From positions 62,001-126,000 of the forward strand of contig NZ_MWQY01000005.1 in assembly GCF_002087085.1 (NCBI RefSeq): a stretch of DNA of 64,000 bases. The letters are read 5' to 3'. The position numbers and the translations under genes are program-made. Below the pieces are notes generated by a model. That model was not told the DNA's origin. It saw only the letters and a program-made list of their open reading frames with translations, and made no database searches. Position 1 is the first letter of the stretch. Each line of letters starts with the position of its first letter. Shown piece by piece: positions 18,600-27,886 of this stretch.

Positions 18600-19739
18600 G
18601 TGATAAACTGCACAAAGGAGATAGATGCATCTGACATGCTGCAGCCTAAACAGATTTTTCCGGATGATACTTCCTATTTTCTCCACAGACTGGAGAGTAA
18701 TGTTTTTCTCTACACCCGTATTTTGTTTATCCTCGGTATCAGCAGTTTCGGGTTTCTCCTGAGAAATGCCCTTTTTTACCTTCCATATTATTATATCGCG
18801 AGATTCTATTTTTATATTTATCTGCTCGGATGCATAACATTGCTTCCGATATGGGCTGTTGTCTCCTCTCTGTTTAAAAAACGAAAATATACGGCAGTAA
18901 ATAATTTGATTGTTATTTCCGCTTGTGCAGTTTATATACTGCTTGTGCTGCTCTCGGTATTGGATTCGGTTCGGATTGTAGTCAATGAACCGTCTAATGA
19001 TTTCAACTTTACCGGGTATCTTTTAGGTCTTTTTATTATAGGTTTTGTTCTGCGCCTGGACTGGAAGCTTTCCTTTGCCGTCTATACAGCAGGTATCGGT
19101 CTTTTTCTGACGCTCTACTATTTCTATTCTCCCCGTGTTCTTTCCATACCATCGGTGTTACCCTTTATTGCAGTGAACATTCTCGTCCTCTATTTTTCCT
19201 ATTCCCGGGAAAAGTTCTATAAAATTCTCCATGAGGACAAGACTGATTTGTTGAATCAGACATTCAGGGACAGTCTTACACAGAGTTTCAACCGCAGATA
19301 TATGAAACGGGCTGTACATCAGAGCTTTGCCCATAAGATAGGAGCAAGCGTTCCGTTCTGCTGTATTTTCACAGATATCGATTTATTCAAAGATATAAAC
19401 GATAAGTATGGACATGATACAGGTGACATGATTCTCATTGAATTCTCAAAGATATTGCAGACCGAAACCAGGAGTATGGACTCAGTGATACGATATGGGG
19501 GTGAGGAATTTCTGATTCTTCTTTCGAACACCCGGCTGGAAGAGGCCAGGGGAATTGCTGATCGCATGCGGCGCGGTATCGAGGAAACCAGTTTCTGTGA
19601 AAACAGAGTCAATGTAACCGCAAGCTTTGGTGTTACAGAGGCAGATGACAGGGATACGGAAGAAAGCATCATTCAGAGAGCGGATTCCCTGCTTTACAAG
19701 GCGAAACGGGAAGGGAGAAACAGGGTCTGTGCAGGATAA
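18600..19739 (+). CDS. Membrane-anchored diguanylate cyclase (GGDEF)
   Basis: Several N-terminal TM helices, DSLTQSFNRR, DIDLFKDINDKYGHDTGD, RSMD I-site, RYGGEEF. Confidence 0.93.
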   Translation: MINCTKEIDASDMLQPKQIFPDDTSYFLHRLESNVFLYTRILFILGISSFGFLLRNALFYLPYYYIARFYFYIYLLGCITLLPIWAVVSSLFKKRKYTAVNNLIVISACAVYILLVLLSVLDSVRIVVNEPSNDFNFTGYLLGLFIIGFVLRLDWKLSFAVYTAGIGLFLTLYYFYSPRVLSIPSVLPFIAVNILVLYFSYSREKFYKILHEDKTDLLNQTFRDSLTQSFNRRYMKRAVHQSFAHKIGASVPFCCIFTDIDLFKDINDKYGHDTGDMILIEFSKILQTETRSMDSVIRYGGEEFLILLSNTRLEEARGIADRMRRGIEETSFCENRVNVTASFGVTEADDRDTEESIIQRADSLLYKAKREGRNRVCAG

Positions 19740-19800
19740 GAAAAGAATTTCGATTATTCTGTCGAGGTGGGTCCATATCTGGGTCCACTTTTTTTCTAAT

Positions 19801-19825
19801 AAAAAAACCGGATCGAATGATCCGG
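19801..19825 (-). terminator. Terminator of tRNA-Leu(GAG)
   Basis: CCGGATC-GAAT-GATCCGG followed by a T-run on the minus strand. Confidence 0.65.
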
Positions 19826-19856
19826 ATTAATTCTTTATCCTGTAAGGATTTCTCCT

Positions 19857-19940
19857 TGCGGCGAACTGGACTTGAACCAGCACGGCATTGCTGCCACTAG
19901 CCCCTCAAGCTAGCGTGTCTACCAATTTCACCACCGCCGC
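19857..19940 (-). tRNA. tRNA-Leu(GAG)
   Basis: GCGGCGG acceptor, GGTAGAC D-loop, CTAGC-TTGAGGG-GCTAG anticodon arm, long variable arm, GGTTCAAGTCC. Confidence 0.95.
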
Positions 19941-19953
19941 AAAATGTACGCAG

Positions 19954-19982
19954 ATAGTACCGATTTTGCGGCAGGGTGTCAA
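19954..19982 (-). promoter_or_regulatory. sigma70 promoter of tRNA-Leu(GAG)
   Basis: TTGACA-N17-TACTAT. Confidence 0.75.
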
Positions 19983-20019
19983 GCATATTCAGGCAGGAAA
20001 TTTCCTTAATCTCCGGTCT

Positions 20020-21813
20020 TTACTGCAGTTCTCCCAGCTTGTCGACCAGCCCTTCAAAACGCTTCATGGCGTTTCTGACGGGATCCGGCGAGGACATATC
20101 CACACCGGCAAGCTGCAGGGATTCCAGAGGATACCGGGAACCTCCGGACTTCAGGAATGACAGGTAGTCCTCCCGTTCACGGTCGCCTCCGGACAGGACC
20201 CTGTCGGCGAGGGCGATGGCAGCGGAAAGTCCGGTGGCGTATTTATATACATAGAAAGCACGGTAAAAATGGGGAATCCTCAATCCTTCGATGTCGGAAA
20301 CCTCTTCCAGCTTCATCTCGGGACCGAAGTATTCTTCCATAAGCCTGCGATAGGTACTTCGCAGAGATTCCAGGGTAAGGGGAGTGCCCTCTTCTCCCAT
20401 TTTGTGGACCAGATGCTCGAACTCCGCAAACATGGTCTGCCGGAAGATTGTTGCGACTATCTCGTCTATCTGTTTACCCACAAGATAGGACTTCATCTCT
20501 TCGCTTTCAGCTCTGTCCATCAGGTATTTGCCCAGAAGCTGTTCGTTGAAGGTGGAGGCAACCTCGGCTTCAAAAATGGTGTAGTCGTAATGCTGAAAAG
20601 GGTTGTTCCGTACGCTGTACCAGGAGTGCATTGAGTGGCCGCCCTCATGGGCCAGGGTAAAGACGTCCCTGAATACATCATCCTTGTAATTCATGAGGAT
20701 GTATGGTTCTCCGTGGTAACTGCCTGCAGAGAAGGCGCCGGAACGTTTTCCCTTGTTTTCGTAACGGTCGACCCAGCGCCCGAGGAGTCCCTGTTTCAGG
20801 GTGTCGCAGTACTCATCTCCCAGGGGAGCAAGGGCCGGGATGATGGTATCAACAGCCTCTTCATAGCTGTGCCGGACACGTATTTTCGGCGTAAGGGGAA
20901 CGTAGACGTCCCAGTGACGCAGCGTATCGATTCCCAGTTTCTCCCTGCGAAGGGAGTAGTACCGGTGCAGTACCGGCAGGTTTTCATGAATCACCGCAAT
21001 AAGGTTATCGTAGACCTCCTCGTCAACCTTATCGGGAAACAGAGCGGCAGCCCGGGCAGAGGGATAATTCCTTACCTTCGCCCTGTAGATATCCAGATGC
21101 ACGCTGCCGGAATAAAGGGCTGCCAGGGTGTTTTTATGGGCCTGGTAATGCCCGTAGAACTGACGGTAGGCCTTTTCCCGCAGGTTGCGGTCAGGATCCA
21201 TCAGAAAAGCCGAAAAGGTGCTCTGGGTAAGAGGTTTCGGTCCCTCCTCCGTTTCAATTTCTCCAAAATCAAGATCCACGTCGGTAAGGGCCTTGAAGCT
21301 TTTGGATGCAGTCTGGTTGGCCTCGGACTGCATGGAAAGAAGGCGCTCCTCTTTTTCACCCAGGGTGTGGGGTTTGAAACGGAGCATCTTGCCCAGCATA
21401 ATGCTATATTCAGCGACCCCGGGATCTTGCAGAAAACCTTCCATGACAGTGTCGGGAAGGGCGAGAATCTCGGGACGGAAATAACTCATGGCACTGTTCG
21501 ATTCCGTTGCAGCCCGCATAAAGCGGGCAAAACGTGCCTGGTGTTCATCACTGCCTCCGTCCTCCGAAGTCCGCAGATAGGCATAGGAGCCGAGGCGTTC
21601 CCCGAGCTCCTCGTGTTGAATCAGTGTTTCCAGGACCCTGGAGAGGTGTTCCGCCGAGTTCCCGAGGCTTCCTTTGAAGGATTCAATTTTTTTTATCTGT
21701 CCGGTAAACTCTTCAAGGGATTCTTCCCAGTCCCGGGAAGACGGAAAAAGTCCGCCCAGGTCCCAGGTATATGCTTCATTGATCTCTTCGCGCTTTGGTA
21801 TGGTATGCGACAT
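20020..21813 (-). CDS. pepF: Oligoendopeptidase F (peptidase M3B)
   Basis: YTWDL, GKRSGAFS, TLAHEGGHSMH, AEVASTFNE, IPHFYRAFYVYKYATG. Confidence 0.95.
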   Translation of the reverse strand: MSHTIPKREEINEAYTWDLGGLFPSSRDWEESLEEFTGQIKKIESFKGSLGNSAEHLSRVLETLIQHEELGERLGSYAYLRTSEDGGSDEHQARFARFMRAATESNSAMSYFRPEILALPDTVMEGFLQDPGVAEYSIMLGKMLRFKPHTLGEKEERLLSMQSEANQTASKSFKALTDVDLDFGEIETEEGPKPLTQSTFSAFLMDPDRNLREKAYRQFYGHYQAHKNTLAALYSGSVHLDIYRAKVRNYPSARAAALFPDKVDEEVYDNLIAVIHENLPVLHRYYSLRREKLGIDTLRHWDVYVPLTPKIRVRHSYEEAVDTIIPALAPLGDEYCDTLKQGLLGRWVDRYENKGKRSGAFSAGSYHGEPYILMNYKDDVFRDVFTLAHEGGHSMHSWYSVRNNPFQHYDYTIFEAEVASTFNEQLLGKYLMDRAESEEMKSYLVGKQIDEIVATIFRQTMFAEFEHLVHKMGEEGTPLTLESLRSTYRRLMEEYFGPEMKLEEVSDIEGLRIPHFYRAFYVYKYATGLSAAIALADRVLSGGDREREDYLSFLKSGGSRYPLESLQLAGVDMSSPDPVRNAMKRFEGLVDKLGELQ

Positions 21814-21823
21814 ACAATTCTCC

Positions 21824-22573
21824 TTATTTTCTGGCAATGCTTATCAGCCTTTGTGCGTTATGATCATAGGGACGTCCGTCAAATCCCCCTTTAATGCAGA
21901 CACTTTCAAAACCGCAGTTCAACAGGAGTTCCTTCAGTTCCAGTGCCGAGTAGATACGGTGGGAGAACCGGAAATTGTAATTTTCCTTCGGGCCCTTCAG
22001 GCTCCATATATTATTGAGGGTGGAAAAATCATCTTCGATTGTATATTCTCCCCGCACCGTGTAGCCGTCCATTTCATACTCTTCGGCGGCTACAAAGTCC
22101 CTGGACAGGATTTCCTTCCCGTTAACATCGATTACAAAAGCTCCTCCGGGCTTTAGAGATTCCCTTATATTCTCTATATAACGAAGCTCTTCCTGCTGAT
22201 CGGAAAAGAACCCGAAGGATGTAAACAGGTTAAGGGCCAGGTCGTAGTAATCCGGTCTCCGGAAAAACCGTACATCCTGCAGCATAAACTCTATATCCAG
22301 CTCTTCTGCAGCCGCGGTTTCCCGGGCTGCTTCAATGTAGCCCCTGGTCCGGTCTATAGCGGTTACCTGGTAACCGCGGCGGGCGAATTCCAGGGAGTGG
22401 CGACCCACACCGCAGCAGGAATCGAGGACCCTGCTGCCGGCTTCTGTACAGGTCATGCTTATAATCGATGCAACCTCTCCGGGGGTTTCCGCCCAGCGCT
22501 GGGGATCAAACATGACGGGAGCAAAGCGCAGCCAGAATTGATCGTCCTCAAACCACTCCAAGATCATCTCCAT
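21824..22573 (-). CDS. Class I SAM-dependent methyltransferase
   Basis: VLDSCCGVGRHSLEF, NLFTSFGFF, LKPGG. Start is ATG 22573 or TTG 22561. Confidence 0.9.
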   Translation of the reverse strand: MEMILEWFEDDQFWLRFAPVMFDPQRWAETPGEVASIISMTCTEAGSRVLDSCCGVGRHSLEFARRGYQVTAIDRTRGYIEAARETAAAEELDIEFMLQDVRFFRRPDYYDLALNLFTSFGFFSDQQEELRYIENIRESLKPGGAFVIDVNGKEILSRDFVAAEEYEMDGYTVRGEYTIEDDFSTLNNIWSLKGPKENYNFRFSHRIYSALELKELLLNCGFESVCIKGGFDGRPYDHNAQRLISIARK

Positions 22574-23156
22574 AGGACTGCAGGAATTTTCGCAGTGCAG
22601 AACCCGCTTTTCCCCGGTGGGAGATCCTGTTCTTCTCCTCTTCAGAAAGCTCCGCCATGGTCCTTCCTGTTTCAGGTATGAAAAAAACGGGATCATAGCC
22701 AAAACCGCCGCTGCCCCGGGGAGCCTCGGCGATTATACCCCGGCAGGTTTCCTGAAAAATAAAATACCGTAAATCATCGATGTAAAAAACGAGGGAGCAG
22801 ACAAAAGCTGCATTTCGGTTTGTCTTTCCCTGAAGATTGCGCAGGAGTAATTCGTACTTTTCCTGTGAAGAGAGGCTCGTTCCCTCATCTTCTCCGTAGC
22901 GGGCGGAGCGGATGCCGGGAGCACCGTCCAGGGCTTCCACGCAGAGGCCTGAATCATCGGCAATAACCGGACGACCCTCTGCCCGGGCGTGCAGAAAAGC
23001 AGCCTTGATAAGACTGTTTTCACAGAAGCTCGCACCCGTCTCTTCACATTCAAAAGAGGTCCCCAGATCCTCGGGTATCACTATACGGTGCTCAGGCAGG
23101 ATAGCCTGGAATTCATCCCGTTTGTGCCTGTTGCCTGTTGCCAGTAATAATTCCAT
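22548..23156 (-). CDS. rdgB: Non-canonical purine NTP pyrophosphatase (HAM1 family)
   Basis: ATGNRHK, ADDSGLCVEALDGAPGIRSARY, GFGYDPVF, KNRISHRGKA. Confidence 0.95.
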   Translation of the reverse strand: MELLLATGNRHKRDEFQAILPEHRIVIPEDLGTSFECEETGASFCENSLIKAAFLHARAEGRPVIADDSGLCVEALDGAPGIRSARYGEDEGTSLSSQEKYELLLRNLQGKTNRNAAFVCSLVFYIDDLRYFIFQETCRGIIAEAPRGSGGFGYDPVFFIPETGRTMAELSEEEKNRISHRGKAGSALRKFLQSYGDDLGVV

Positions 23157-23194
23157 GGACCTACTGTACAAAAAAAACAGCGTATCGTGAAGCT

Positions 23195-24073
23195 TTATTG
23201 TGAGGATACCTCTTTATCTCCGGCTTTAATCAAGGCTGTTCGAAGATAATGGAGACCGGAATCAACTGATCCCTTCGGTATGGAAAGTACCCTGGCTATC
23301 TCGGAATGGGTCGGGGCCATGGGTACATTGTGCAGTTCCTTCGTTAAGGCTCTCATTCGTCTGCGGGCAGCATGGTAACGCCGGTGGTACTGCTGACGTT
23401 CCTCGGTGACAAAGCAGTTGTCGCCGGCATTCTGATACATATGGGCCCGGGCCATATTTTCTTTTCGTAAAAGACTGAGCCGTAAATGACGCCTGCTTCT
23501 GGCATGCATACTGTCGCGCAGATGTTCAATCTTTTCATAGAGCCAGTTGTAGCTGACCCCTGTCGCTTCCGCGGTCTTTCTGATGTGGGCTGGAGAACAG
23601 AACCAGGCGTTTTTACAGACAAGACAGAGGAGTCTTCGGCGGAGATATTCAAGCTGTATTTTCCGCTTGTCATCGACGGAAAAATACTCTCGGTACTCAG
23701 GATCTATTGCTGTATCGCTGTCCGATGGCAGCTTATCGACAGCTTCCGGTTCAAGACCATCGAAGTACATCTTTTCGCTGTAATTCCTCAAGGTCTGTTG
23801 TCGTTTACTGTTGTAAAAATAGGTACATGTGGCCCGGCGTATGGACATATGGAGATATACCTCAAAAGGACTGCCGCGGTATACGAAGGAATCGATCATT
23901 TTCGGAATGCGTCGATAGATTTCGCAGAAGATCTCGGAGGCGGTGTCCGCTTCCTCCTTGAATTTATTATGCAGAAAATTATAGGAGAAGATGGAGATTT
24001 GGTTGATTACATGGGTTCTTGAAACCCGTCCTTCCTGGTACGCGAGAATGATCGGGGTCAATTTTTCTTTCAT
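23195..24073 (-). CDS. Divergent sigma70-family-like factor
   Basis: Region-2-like ADTASEIFCEIYRRIPKMIDSFVYRGSPFEVYL and region-4-like HTH PTHSEIARVLSIPKGSVDSGLHYLR. Confidence 0.62.
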   Translation of the reverse strand: MKEKLTPIILAYQEGRVSRTHVINQISIFSYNFLHNKFKEEADTASEIFCEIYRRIPKMIDSFVYRGSPFEVYLHMSIRRATCTYFYNSKRQQTLRNYSEKMYFDGLEPEAVDKLPSDSDTAIDPEYREYFSVDDKRKIQLEYLRRRLLCLVCKNAWFCSPAHIRKTAEATGVSYNWLYEKIEHLRDSMHARSRRHLRLSLLRKENMARAHMYQNAGDNCFVTEERQQYHRRYHAARRRMRALTKELHNVPMAPTHSEIARVLSIPKGSVDSGLHYLRTALIKAGDKEVSSQ

Positions 24074-24115
24074 ACACTTTCCTCATTGGATACTGCCCTC
24101 CCGGACCAACATAAA

Positions 24116-24131
24116 AGCAAAGTGCGTGCCA
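24116..24131 (-). promoter_or_regulatory. sigma54 (RpoN) -24/-12 promoter
   Basis: Minus strand TGGCACG-CACT-TTGCT, an exact match to TGGCACG-N4-TTGCW, intergenic and 42 bp before the ATG. Confidence 0.85.
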
Positions 24132-24157
24132 AAGGTTTTAAATGTGGTGTTTAGATT

Positions 24158-24195
24158 AAAAAAAGGCAGTCTCCCCCCAGAAACGGAAACTGCCT
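24158..24195 (-). terminator. Terminator after the ior/paaK/ACT operon
   Basis: AGGCAGT...ACTGCCT stem followed by a T-run on the minus strand. Confidence 0.6.
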
Positions 24196-24261
24196 GTTAC
24201 AATCAGTTACAAAAGAGTGAAGAATTCCCCGGATGAAGCGTTTACATACAGACCGGAGAAC

Positions 24262-24678
24262 CTAAAAATTCTTTATTGCCGTTAATTTATGCTCCCTGAA
24301 AATCTTGTTTCCATGTTCAGTATCGTCAACCTTGAAAATTACCACCGCCTTGTTGTTCTTGTTTTCCAGGGATGAATACAAATATTCAATATTGACGCCG
24401 GTCTTGTGGAAGAGCTCCATAATCTCGGCAAGTCCTCCCGGCCGGTCCTCCAGTTCAATGGCAAATACGTCGGTAACCTTTGCGGTGAATCCCTTTTTAT
24501 CCAGGGCGTCCAGGGCTTTGTGGGGATTGTCTACCACTATCCGTAAAATACCGAAGTCAGCGGTATCGGCAATTGTTGCGGCCCTCATATTCACGCCGGC
24601 ATCACCCAGGGTCTTGGTTACCTCCGCGAGACGGCCGGATTTATTTTCCAGAAATACGGAAATCTGCTGTATTGTCAT
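24262..24678 (-). CDS. Tandem ACT-domain amino-acid-binding protein
   Basis: QISVFLENKSGRLAEV, ADTADFGILR, DRPGGLA, NIEYLY. Confidence 0.92.
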   Translation of the reverse strand: MTIQQISVFLENKSGRLAEVTKTLGDAGVNMRAATIADTADFGILRIVVDNPHKALDALDKKGFTAKVTDVFAIELEDRPGGLAEIMELFHKTGVNIEYLYSSLENKNNKAVVIFKVDDTEHGNKIFREHKLTAIKNF

Positions 24679-24695
24679 TTCTTCCTCCTGCAGGC

Positions 24696-25997
24696 TTATA
24701 TCTGCCGTTTATCTATTACACGGGTTGCTTTGCCGATGCTTCTCTCCAGGGATTTTGGTTCCACCAGTCTGATAATCGCACCGATTCCCAGACTTGAGCG
24801 GATCTCTTCGGAAATCTTGCTGCGGATTCTCTCGAGTCCCTTTGTTTCGTCGCTGAAGAAGCTCTCTTCCACTTCAACACGGATCTCTACCTCATCAAGA
24901 TGAGTACTCCCGCGGTCGACGACGATCTGATAATGGGGCTGGGTTTCTTCAATCCGGATGAGTACTTCCTCAATCTGGGAGGGGAATATATTGACCCCAC
25001 GGATTATCAGCATGTCGTCGGTCCGTCCCAGAAGGCGGTGCATCTTTATTGTTGTTCTGCCGCAGGAACAGGTCTCCCGGTACAGATAGGTGATATCCCG
25101 GGTGCGGTAGCGCAGTATGGGGGTACCTTCCTTGGTAAGGGTTGTAAAAACCAGCTCTCCCTTTTCTCCCGGGGGAAGGACCTCTCCGGTTTCAGGATTT
25201 ATTATCTCGGGATAGAAAAAATCTTCATTGATGTGGAGCCCGTCCTGGACTTCGCATTCCGCTGCAACCCCCGGGCCGATAATCTCGGTAAGCCCGTAGA
25301 TATCATGGGCTGTAAGGCTGAGCTTGTTTTCGATCTCCCGCCGCATGTTGTCGCTCCATGGTTCCGCCCCGAAGCAGCCGGCCTTCAGGGGCAGGGACCT
25401 GAAGTCTATGCCTTCCTCTGCCGCGGTCTCTGCAAGAAAAAGCGAATAGGAGGGGGTACAGGTCAGAAGGGTGGTGCCGAAGTCCCGCATGATCATGAGC
25501 TGACGCTTGGTATTGCCGGCGGATATGGGAATAACGTTTGCTCCCAGCATCCTGGCCCCATAGTGGACGCCCAGTCCTCCGGTGAAAAGGCCGTAGCCGT
25601 AGGCGTTCTGTATAACGTCCCCGGGGCCTGCTCCGGCCATGGCGAGGGTTCTGGCCATGGCGTGGGACCAGGTTTCTATGTCCCGCCGGGTATAGGCTCC
25701 GACTACCGGGGTTCCCGTTGTTCCCGAAGAGGTATGAACCTCGACTATTTCCGATTCGTCCACCGCAAGCAGGCCGTAGGGATAGGTTTCCCTGAGCTCC
25801 TGCTTGGTGGTAAAGGGTATTTTGCTAATATCCTCGAGACTGTTGATGTCCGAAGGCCGAATCCCCGCCTCGTCAAACTTTCGCCGGTAAAAGGGCACCC
25901 GGATATAGAGCCGGGTAACCAGTTCCTGCAGTCGCTGGAGCTGCAGTGCCCGAAGCGATTCCGGATCGCGGTATTCAGCGGATCTGTCCCAAACCAT
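24696..25997 (-). CDS. paaK: Phenylacetate--CoA ligase family protein, copy 2
   Basis: [56 protein letters not shown]. Confidence 0.93.
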   Translation of the reverse strand: MVWDRSAEYRDPESLRALQLQRLQELVTRLYIRVPFYRRKFDEAGIRPSDINSLEDISKIPFTTKQELRETYPYGLLAVDESEIVEVHTSSGTTGTPVVGAYTRRDIETWSHAMARTLAMAGAGPGDVIQNAYGYGLFTGGLGVHYGARMLGANVIPISAGNTKRQLMIMRDFGTTLLTCTPSYSLFLAETAAEEGIDFRSLPLKAGCFGAEPWSDNMRREIENKLSLTAHDIYGLTEIIGPGVAAECEVQDGLHINEDFFYPEIINPETGEVLPPGEKGELVFTTLTKEGTPILRYRTRDITYLYRETCSCGRTTIKMHRLLGRTDDMLIIRGVNIFPSQIEEVLIRIEETQPHYQIVVDRGSTHLDEVEIRVEVEESFFSDETKGLERIRSKISEEIRSSLGIGAIIRLVEPKSLERSIGKATRVIDKRQI

Positions 25998-26012
25998 TTT
26001 TCCTCCTCTTTG

Positions 26013-27305
26013 TTACATTCTGGGGCGTTGGTCCAGTACCCGTACTGCCTTGCCCTCGGCAACAGGCAGGAAACCGGGTTCATGAAGCTCCACCGTGGGA
26101 TTGATACTGATGGAGACCTTCAGGTTTTCTGCAATTCTGGAACTCAGGGCCTTCAGGTCTCTGGTGTCGTCGGTAAAAATGTTTTTTCCGACCTCGGTTT
26201 TTACAATCAGTTTGTCCAGAGCGCCCATCTTCTGAACAACAATCTGGTAGTTTGTGCCTATCTCGGGCATGGCCATGATTACCTCCTCGATCTGGGAGGG
26301 AAAAACATTCACGCCGTTGATGATCAGCATATCGTCGGTGCGCCCGGTAAAACGCTGAATCCTGCGATGGGTCCGTCCGCAGGGACACTTATCCGGATAT
26401 ACTGCGGTGATGTCCCGGGTGCGGTAGCGGAGGAGGGGGGTGGCCTGACGGCACAGGGTCGTAAGCACCAGTTCGCCGTATTCTCCGTCCTCGACCTGAT
26501 CGAGGCTCTCGCGGTCGATGATCTCCATGATGTAGTTGTCTTCCCACACGTGCATCCCCTGCTTGAAAACACATTCGAAGGCGACCCCGGGACCGTTCAT
26601 CTCGCTGAGGCCGTAGGAATTGTACACGTCTATGGAAAAGAGCTCTTCGATCTTCCGGCGGATATCCTCACTGTGGGGTTCCGCACCCACCAGCGCCTTT
26701 TTCAGGGCCAGATCCTCAAGCCTGATGCCTTCCGCCTCCATCCGTGAGGCAAGATGCAGCATATAACTGGGGGTTGCATGGACGACGGTTGTGCCGAAGT
26801 CCTTCATGAGTTTGAACTGTCGTTTGGTGTTGCCGGAACTGGCGGGAATTACCAGGAGACCTGCAGCCTCCGCGCCGTAATGGAGTCCCAGGCCTCCGGT
26901 AAAGAGGCCGTAGGTCATCATGTTCTGAAAAACATCCCTGCGCTGTGCACCGGTACAGAGAATGGAACGGGCCGAAAGGGCGGTCCAGGCATCGAGGTCA
27001 TGCTGATTATGATAGATGACCGTCGGCGTTCCGGTGGTTCCGGAGGATGCATGCAGACGCACAACATCGTCCAGGGGTATGGAGAGCATCCCGTAGGGAA
27101 AGGCGCTTCTGAGGTCATCCTTGCTCGTGTAAGGTATTTTCTTCAGGTCTTCCAGGGATTCGATGTCTTCGGGCCTGCTTATGCCGATTCCACCGAGACG
27201 CCGGGAGTAAAAAGGAGTCTTGAGGGCATGTCCCACGGTTTCCCGCAGTCGTGCAAGTTGAAGTTTTTCCAACTCCTCCCTGGGAACGGTTTCGACGGCC
27301 GTCAT
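26013..27305 (-). CDS. paaK: Phenylacetate--CoA ligase family protein, copy 1
   Basis: [50 protein letters not shown]. Confidence 0.92.
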   Translation of the reverse strand: MTAVETVPREELEKLQLARLRETVGHALKTPFYSRRLGGIGISRPEDIESLEDLKKIPYTSKDDLRSAFPYGMLSIPLDDVVRLHASSGTTGTPTVIYHNQHDLDAWTALSARSILCTGAQRRDVFQNMMTYGLFTGGLGLHYGAEAAGLLVIPASSGNTKRQFKLMKDFGTTVVHATPSYMLHLASRMEAEGIRLEDLALKKALVGAEPHSEDIRRKIEELFSIDVYNSYGLSEMNGPGVAFECVFKQGMHVWEDNYIMEIIDRESLDQVEDGEYGELVLTTLCRQATPLLRYRTRDITAVYPDKCPCGRTHRRIQRFTGRTDDMLIINGVNVFPSQIEEVIMAMPEIGTNYQIVVQKMGALDKLIVKTEVGKNIFTDDTRDLKALSSRIAENLKVSISINPTVELHEPGFLPVAEGKAVRVLDQRPRM

Positions 27306-27886
27306 GATCCGGCTCCGCAGGCCTCCGCCAGGCTGAGTTCAAAGGCCCTGCGGTTCGCCTCCTGCACCTTTTCTCCCTTGGATCGGAAGCGTTCGTCGAT
27401 GGCGGCAATGAAGTTCTCCCTGCTTATGGGTATTGATTCGGAAGCAGCTCCGATCATGACGATGTTAACCGCCTTGAGGCTTCCGGACTCCCGGGCAATG
27501 CTGCGGGCATCGACAATCCGTGCCCCGGGCTGGGAAAGTATTTCTTCCCGGATTTTATCCATACCGGGATAGACCGGAATATTCTCCACCCCCTCAGCGG
27601 CGCTGATGAGACTCCCCGAAGGGGAGAGGTAACTGATGTGCCGCAGGGCCTCCAGGGGTTCCATGCTCAGGAGCAGATCTCCTCCCGCAAGAGGGATAAG
27701 GTCCGAATCTATGGGTCCGTCGGACAGGCGCAGGTGCGAAACCACCGCTCCTCCGCGCTGGGACATCCCGTGAATTTCCGACTGGCGGACCGTCAGCCCC
27801 TGCTTCAGGGCGGCGGAAGCTATGATGGCGGCGACGCTCAGGGTTCCCTGTCCGCCGACGCCTGCAAGAATTATGTCGTATTTCAT
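27302..27886 (-). CDS. iorB: Indolepyruvate:ferredoxin oxidoreductase beta subunit
   Basis: AGVGGQG, SEIHGMSQRGGAVVSHLR, EPLEALR. Confidence 0.93.
   Translation of the reverse strand: MKYDIILAGVGGQGTLSVAAIIASAALKQGLTVRQSEIHGMSQRGGAVVSHLRLSDGPIDSDLIPLAGGDLLLSMEPLEALRHISYLSPSGSLISAAEGVENIPVYPGMDKIREEILSQPGARIVDARSIARESGSLKAVNIVMIGAASESIPISRENFIAAIDERFRSKGEKVQEANRRAFELSLAEACGAGS

Noticed and set aside
19857..19880. tRNA-Leu 3' end as the att site of an active integrative element
   Set aside because: No duplicated copy and no integrase or transposase found in the window.
24900..26747. 615-aa plus-strand ORF
   Set aside because: Lies antisense to the two paaK genes. Its internal repetition just mirrors the paralog pair.
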